From the NCBI GenBank assembly GCA_050295515.1, contig JBNKPU010000207.1:1358-65357 (forward strand): a stretch of DNA of 64,000 nt, given 5' to 3'. Below are positions 59,827 to 64,000 of this stretch, piece after piece. This DNA is from Bacteroidales bacterium. Lineage in GTDB: Bacteria; Bacteroidota; Bacteroidia; Bacteroidales; UBA10428. The stretch's first letter is position 1, and every line of letters begins with the position of its first letter. Under the pieces are notes generated by a model, which ran no database searches, was not told where the DNA came from, and saw only the letters and a list, made by a program, of their open reading frames with translations. The position numbers and the translations under genes are program-made.

Positions 59827-62800
59827 ATGAAAGCATTAAAAACACAATATAGGATCATTGCAGCAATACTTTTGCTAGTACTGGCATCCTTTGCTTATTA
59901 CAACCAGGAAGGCGAAGCATTTATACATAATCTAAAAATACAACTCAATAAACACAAAAGCAGGATGCCACTTGAAAAAGCGTACCTGCATACCGATAAA
60001 AGCTTTTACAAACCCGGGGAGACTATTTGGTTTAAATCATCTGTGCTGGATGGAAATTCACATGAAGCTACCAAAAACAGCGAAATAGTCTATGCCGAAT
60101 TGATAAATCCAAAGGGAAATGTCGAAAACAAACTTACCCTGCCAATAATTAACGGAGGGGCAAATGGAAGCTTCGATATAACAGAATCGATGCCTGGTGG
60201 TATCTATAAACTTAGAACCTATACCAACTTGATGAAAAATTTTGGCGATGATTATTGCTTCGAAAAAGAGATACAGGTTCAGAAAGTCCTGTTTCCCAGG
60301 CTGCTCATGAAGATAGATTTTGAAAAAGAAGCCTATGGTGCAGCAGATAAGGTAGATGCCAGTCTGTCGGTACGTACCCTTGAAGATGCCCCTCTGTCCG
60401 GCATCAGGTTCAATTACAAGCTTTCCATAGCTGGATCAGGTGTATTGCAGGAAAGTGGCACTACAGATAAGGATGGGAAAGCTGTTTTAAGCTTTAACCT
60501 GCCCAACGGACTTACCTCAAACGATGGAATCTTGAATATTACTATACCCTACGAGGGAAATACCGAATCGATATCAAGGTCAGTACCTATTGTTTTAAAC
60601 AACATCGATATAGAGTTCTTTCCGGAAGGGGGCGAACTGCTTAAGAATTATGAAAACAACTGTGCTTTTAAAGCCGTGGACGAGTTTGGCAAGCCCGCTG
60701 ACATAGAAGGCATCATTTACGACAACGACGAAAACGAGATTGCAAGGTTCAGTAGTTACCACCAGGGAATGGGCACTTTTTTTATAACTCCTCAACATGG
60801 CTCTTATTATGCCAAAATAACCCGTCCGAAAGGTATTGACAAACGCTACTATTTGCCCAATGTCCTTAAAAAGGGTTATTTGCTCAACCAGAAAAGCAAA
60901 ACAAAAAACACCCTAACACTAAAAATCGTATCGCCCCGTGATGAAGAGTTAATATTGATTGGCCAAATCAGAGGAAAAATCCATTATTCAGAGAGTTTCA
61001 ATTTTAATGCCGGAGAACATGAGCTTGAAATCAATACTGCTGGTTTTCCTGCAGGTATTTTTCAACTAACCCTCTTTGACAGCTATGAAGTGCCCCGTTG
61101 CGAAAGGTTATTTTTTGTTCAACCAGAAAAACAATTAGTTGTGAACATCACCCCGGCAAAAAAAGAGTTTCTTCCGCGCGAAATGGTTGAATTGAAGGTG
61201 CAAACCTTAGATAAAGACAGTTTACCTGTGCCAGCAAACCTTTCCCTTGCTGTGGTGAACGATAAAGTCATAAGCTTTGCAGACGACAAACAGGACAATA
61301 TACTCTCCTACTTGTTAATGTCCAGCGATTTAAAAGGTAAAATTGAAGAACCATCGTTTTACTTTGACAAAGAAGAAGAGAAAGCTGACACAGCCCTTGA
61401 TTGTCTCTTATTGACCCAAGGTTGGAGAAGGTTTACCTGGGAAGAAGTGATGAGTGAAAACTATACAGCCAAACACTTTGCTGAAAAGGCTACCTCTGTA
61501 AGTGGTTCTATTATTGAATCAAGTACTGGCAAACCCTTGCAAGCAACTGTAACGCTATTGGAAATATCAGGCGAGCAAAGAGCTGCACTGGTTAATACAC
61601 GCGATGATGGAAAGTTCCTGTTCCAGAGAGTGGACCCTTTTGCCAGGAAAAAATTGATTGTCAGGGCACCGGGCATAAATCCAAACCTTATCCATATAAA
61701 ATTTGACAAACCTGGCTATACACCCGAATCCCCTTATGTAGGTGATAATGCTACAGAAGACCTATTGCCAGCAATTATCAATGAAAAAATCGAGGAAAAA
61801 GCCGATATTGACAACCCGGCCAACATCGAAAAACAAGAAATAATACAGGAAAATTTTGACGTTGTTCTTGAACCCGATATGGCAGGCTTGGATGAAGTTG
61901 TTGTAGTTGGATATGGAGTTCAGAAGAAAAGAGAAGTAACAGGGTCCGTAGTAGTCGTGCAAGGGGATATGATCAATGCCGGCAATATTGAGCAGGCCCT
62001 GCAGGGCAGGATTGCCGGATTGGAAGTTAATGATTATGCTCCCGGTGCCGGCGAGGCAAAAAACATAATGATCAGGGGCATTGGCTCCATTGCATCTGAT
62101 GAACCCCTCTATGTTGTGGATGGAGTTCCTTTAAACACATTTCCCGATTCAAAACTTTCCCCCATTGGCCACCTCAATGCAGAAGATATCGAATCGGTCT
62201 GTGTACTTAAAGATGCTGAGGCAACTGCCCTATATGGAGCCAAAGGTGTGTCGGGAGTAATTGTTATAAATACCAAAAAGAATGAAAACAATTTCAGGCA
62301 AAAAGTAAAATACCCAAAGAAAAGGTACAAGGTTGCCGATGTGCCCACAAAGTCTTTCTCCCGGGTCCGGCAATTCTATAGCCCTTCATATAAGAACAGC
62401 CAAAATGTGGAAGAACGCAGCGATTTCAGGACAACTATTTATTGGAACCCGGATGTTAGGACAGATAAAAATGGTGAAACTACCGTCAGTTTCTACAATT
62501 CTGATGAGATTACAACCTTTAGGGCAATTGCAGAAGGCGTTGGTGCCAAAGGACTTATTGGCAGGGGCGAATCTACCTATTATACCCAGTTGCCGTTTAC
62601 GATAGAAACAAAAATACCTCCCTACCTGACTTATGGAGATATTGTTAAACTTCCGGTAATTTTTAAAAACAATACCGATGAAGATATTACAGGTAAGCTT
62701 ACGGTAGAGATTCCAGCTTCGCTTAAATTACTCGAAGAAACTCCAGAAAACCTCACCATAACAGCCAATGGCACAAAAACCCTTTTGGTAAAATGCATTG

Positions 62801-64000
62801 TAGAGCCTTTACAGGGCAAATATAGCTTACAAATTGGGTTCAAAGCAAAAGGACTAAAAGATGCTGTAAACCAGGAAATAGAGATTCAACCCAAAGGATT
62901 TCCTTCTAAGGCTTCTATTTCGGCCAATGAACTGGATAAAAACTATATTGTTATGATATCCGATCCACTTGAGGGTTCCCTGCAGGGGAAATTTACAGCC
63001 TTTCCTGATGTAACCAGCGACCTGATGTCTGGTATCGAATCTATACTGCGCGAACCGTATGGTTGTTTTGAGCAGACATCATCGAGCACCTACCCCAATA
63101 TTATGGTATTGCAATACCTGGAAGAAACTGGAACCGTTAACCCAACGCTGTACAAAAAAGCCCTGGACCTCATAGACAAAGGATACAAACGTCTGACCTC
63201 TTTTGAAACAACTACAAAAGGGTATGAATGGTTCGGCTCTTCACCTGCTCATGAATCATTAACAGCCTATGGTTTGATGGAATTTACCGACATGCATAAA
63301 GTATACGGTATGGTTGATGAAAAAATGCTGGAAAGAACATCAAACTGGATTTTCAACCGCAGGGATGGAAACGGCAATTTTAAACTGAACAGCAGGGCCC
63401 TTGACCAGTTTGGACGTGCCAGCCAGCAAGTTGTAAATGCCTATGTTGTATATGCCCTAAGTGAAGCTGGGTTCAACAACATGGATAAAGAATACGAGGC
63501 TGCCTATCTTGAAGCCTTGAGAAGCAAAGATCCTTACCGCCTAAGCCTTATGGCAATTGCCAGTTTTAATCTGGACAAGCAATCCAATGGCAACAGACTA
63601 TTGATTATTATGGAAGAAAAGCTCAGCAAAAATGAATTTTCTACACTTAAAATTGATCATTCGATAACCCGTTCTGGAGGATTGTCTCTTCAGGTTGAAA
63701 CCGCTTCGCTTTATCTTTTGGCCTTGCTTAAAGCACCACAACCTAATATAACAGACATGCGGAAAGTCTCAGACTTCATAATAGGCTCGAGGTGTGGCGG
63801 TGGTTTTGGCTCTACTCAGGGAACCGTTCTTGGACTAAAGGCCTTAACAGAATTTGCCAAATATTCGAAACACACACAAAGTAGCGGGACTATCGAACTG
63901 TATATAAATGGAAAATTTGCTGCCAGCAAGCACTATGAAAAGGGCGATGTAGGTGAAATCTGTATCGACAGCCTTGAAAAATTGCTACAACCAGGAGCCA
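59827..64000 (+). CDS. Alpha-2-macroglobulin-like giant protein (MG2 domains, thioester CxEQ) with embedded CarboxypepD_reg and TonB Plug domains; 3' end outside window
   Basis: Translated by hand line by line with no in-frame stop from the ATG at 59827 to the window end. It is not in the ORF track because it has no stop. LHTDKSFYKPGETIWFK is an MG2-type start. The Plug is LDEVVVVGYGVQKKREVTGSV...ALQGRIAGLEV...IMIRGIGS...PLYVVDGVP...EDIESVCVLKDAEATALYGAKGVSGVIVINTKK. The thioester motif is EPYGCFEQTSSSTYPN. Confidence 0.85.
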   Translation, partial: MKALKTQYRIIAAILLLVLASFAYYNQEGEAFIHNLKIQLNKHKSRMPLEKAYLHTDKSFYKPGETIWFKSSVLDGNSHEATKNSEIVYAELINPKGNVENKLTLPIINGGANGSFDITESMPGGIYKLRTYTNLMKNFGDDYCFEKEIQVQKVLFPRLLMKIDFEKEAYGAADKVDASLSVRTLEDAPLSGIRFNYKLSIAGSGVLQESGTTDKDGKAVLSFNLPNGLTSNDGILNITIPYEGNTESISRSVPIVLNNIDIEFFPEGGELLKNYENNCAFKAVDEFGKPADIEGIIYDNDENEIARFSSYHQGMGTFFITPQHGSYYAKITRPKGIDKRYYLPNVLKKGYLLNQKSKTKNTLTLKIVSPRDEELILIGQIRGKIHYSESFNFNAGEHELEINTAGFPAGIFQLTLFDSYEVPRCERLFFVQPEKQLVVNITPAKKEFLPREMVELKVQTLDKDSLPVPANLSLAVVNDKVISFADDKQDNILSYLLMSSDLKGKIEEPSFYFDKEEEKADTALDCLLLTQGWRRFTWEEVMSENYTAKHFAEKATSVSGSIIESSTGKPLQATVTLLEISGEQRAALVNTRDDGKFLFQRVDPFARKKLIVRAPGINPNLIHIKFDKPGYTPESPYVGDNATEDLLPAIINEKIEEKADIDNPANIEKQEIIQENFDVVLEPDMAGLDEVVVVGYGVQKKREVTGSVVVVQGDMINAGNIEQALQGRIAGLEVNDYAPGAGEAKNIMIRGIGSIASDEPLYVVDGVPLNTFPDSKLSPIGHLNAEDIESVCVLKDAEATALYGAKGVSGVIVINTKKNENNFRQKVKYPKKRYKVADVPTKSFSRVRQFYSPSYKNSQNVEERSDFRTTIYWNPDVRTDKNGETTVSFYNSDEITTFRAIAEGVGAKGLIGRGESTYYTQLPFTIETKIPPYLTYGDIVKLPVIFKNNTDEDITGKLTVEIPASLKLLEETPENLTITANGTKTLLVKCIVEPLQGKYSLQIGFKAKGLKDAVNQEIEIQPKGFPSKASISANELDKNYIVMISDPLEGSLQGKFTAFPDVTSDLMSGIESILREPYGCFEQTSSSTYPNIMVLQYLEETGTVNPTLYKKALDLIDKGYKRLTSFETTTKGYEWFGSSPAHESLTAYGLMEFTDMHKVYGMVDEKMLERTSNWIFNRRDGNGNFKLNSRALDQFGRASQQVVNAYVVYALSEAGFNNMDKEYEAAYLEALRSKDPYRLSLMAIASFNLDKQSNGNRLLIIMEEKLSKNEFSTLKIDHSITRSGGLSLQVETASLYLLALLKAPQPNITDMRKVSDFIIGSRCGGGFGSTQGTVLGLKALTEFAKYSKHTQSSGTIELYINGKFAASKHYEKGDVGEICIDSLEKLLQPGA

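Noticed and set aside
62333-62605. 90-aa plus-strand ORF
   Set aside because: It lies in a different frame inside the long uninterrupted A2M-like reading frame.
1-64000. Canonical defence or mobile systems (restriction-modification, CRISPR-Cas, toxin-antitoxin, integrase/transposase, prophage)
   Set aside because: No recognisable motifs for any of these were found in either strand's long ORFs. This cannot be excluded for short or divergent genes without profile searches.

Overview
The window looks like a low-GC Bacteroidota chromosome segment. Supporting signs are TAnnTTTG-type promoter boxes, many lipoprotein signal peptides, a T9SS C-terminal sorting domain and a SusC-like barrel. All family names come from motif recognition by eye; no database search was run.

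Positions 1-20.5 kb are mostly ordinary genes:
- S8 peptidase 3' end, RecD-like helicase, DUF3822-like protein plus RsmD, and tRNA-Asp
- GH51 arabinofuranosidase and a GH2 glycosidase
- a propeller/Y_Y_Y hybrid sensor kinase
- an Amidase_2 protein with a T9SS tail
- a lone radical-SAM/SPASM gene
- a methyl-accepting chemotaxis protein

Positions 21-27 kb hold a minus-strand run of ankyrin, leucine-rich-repeat and unknown proteins.

Positions 27.5-56.6 kb are the notable part. A long minus-strand RND/TolC efflux operon also encodes signal peptidase I and an O-antigen-ligase-like/TPR protein. Four paralogous cassettes sit inside it or directly upstream. Each cassette has three parts:
- a small secreted Cys-rich peptide with an extended AxA leader
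- a 6-bladed beta-propeller lipoprotein
- a membrane-anchored CxxC thioredoxin-like protein (a DUF1573 protein in one cassette)

Each peptide gene is followed by a hairpin.

Other features of this locus:
- period-7 tandem repeat arrays in the operon spacers
- a four-helix-bundle gene and two tiny membrane ORFs inserted in the operon
- a truncated duplicate of the RND 5' end
- a MITE-like element
- two copies of a roughly 840-bp non-coding repeat that contains a promoter-plus-terminator small-RNA-like unit

The right end carries a plug-less SusC-like barrel gene. It is followed by a giant alpha-2-macroglobulin-like ORF with an embedded TonB Plug domain. That ORF runs off the window and is missing from the supplied ORF track.
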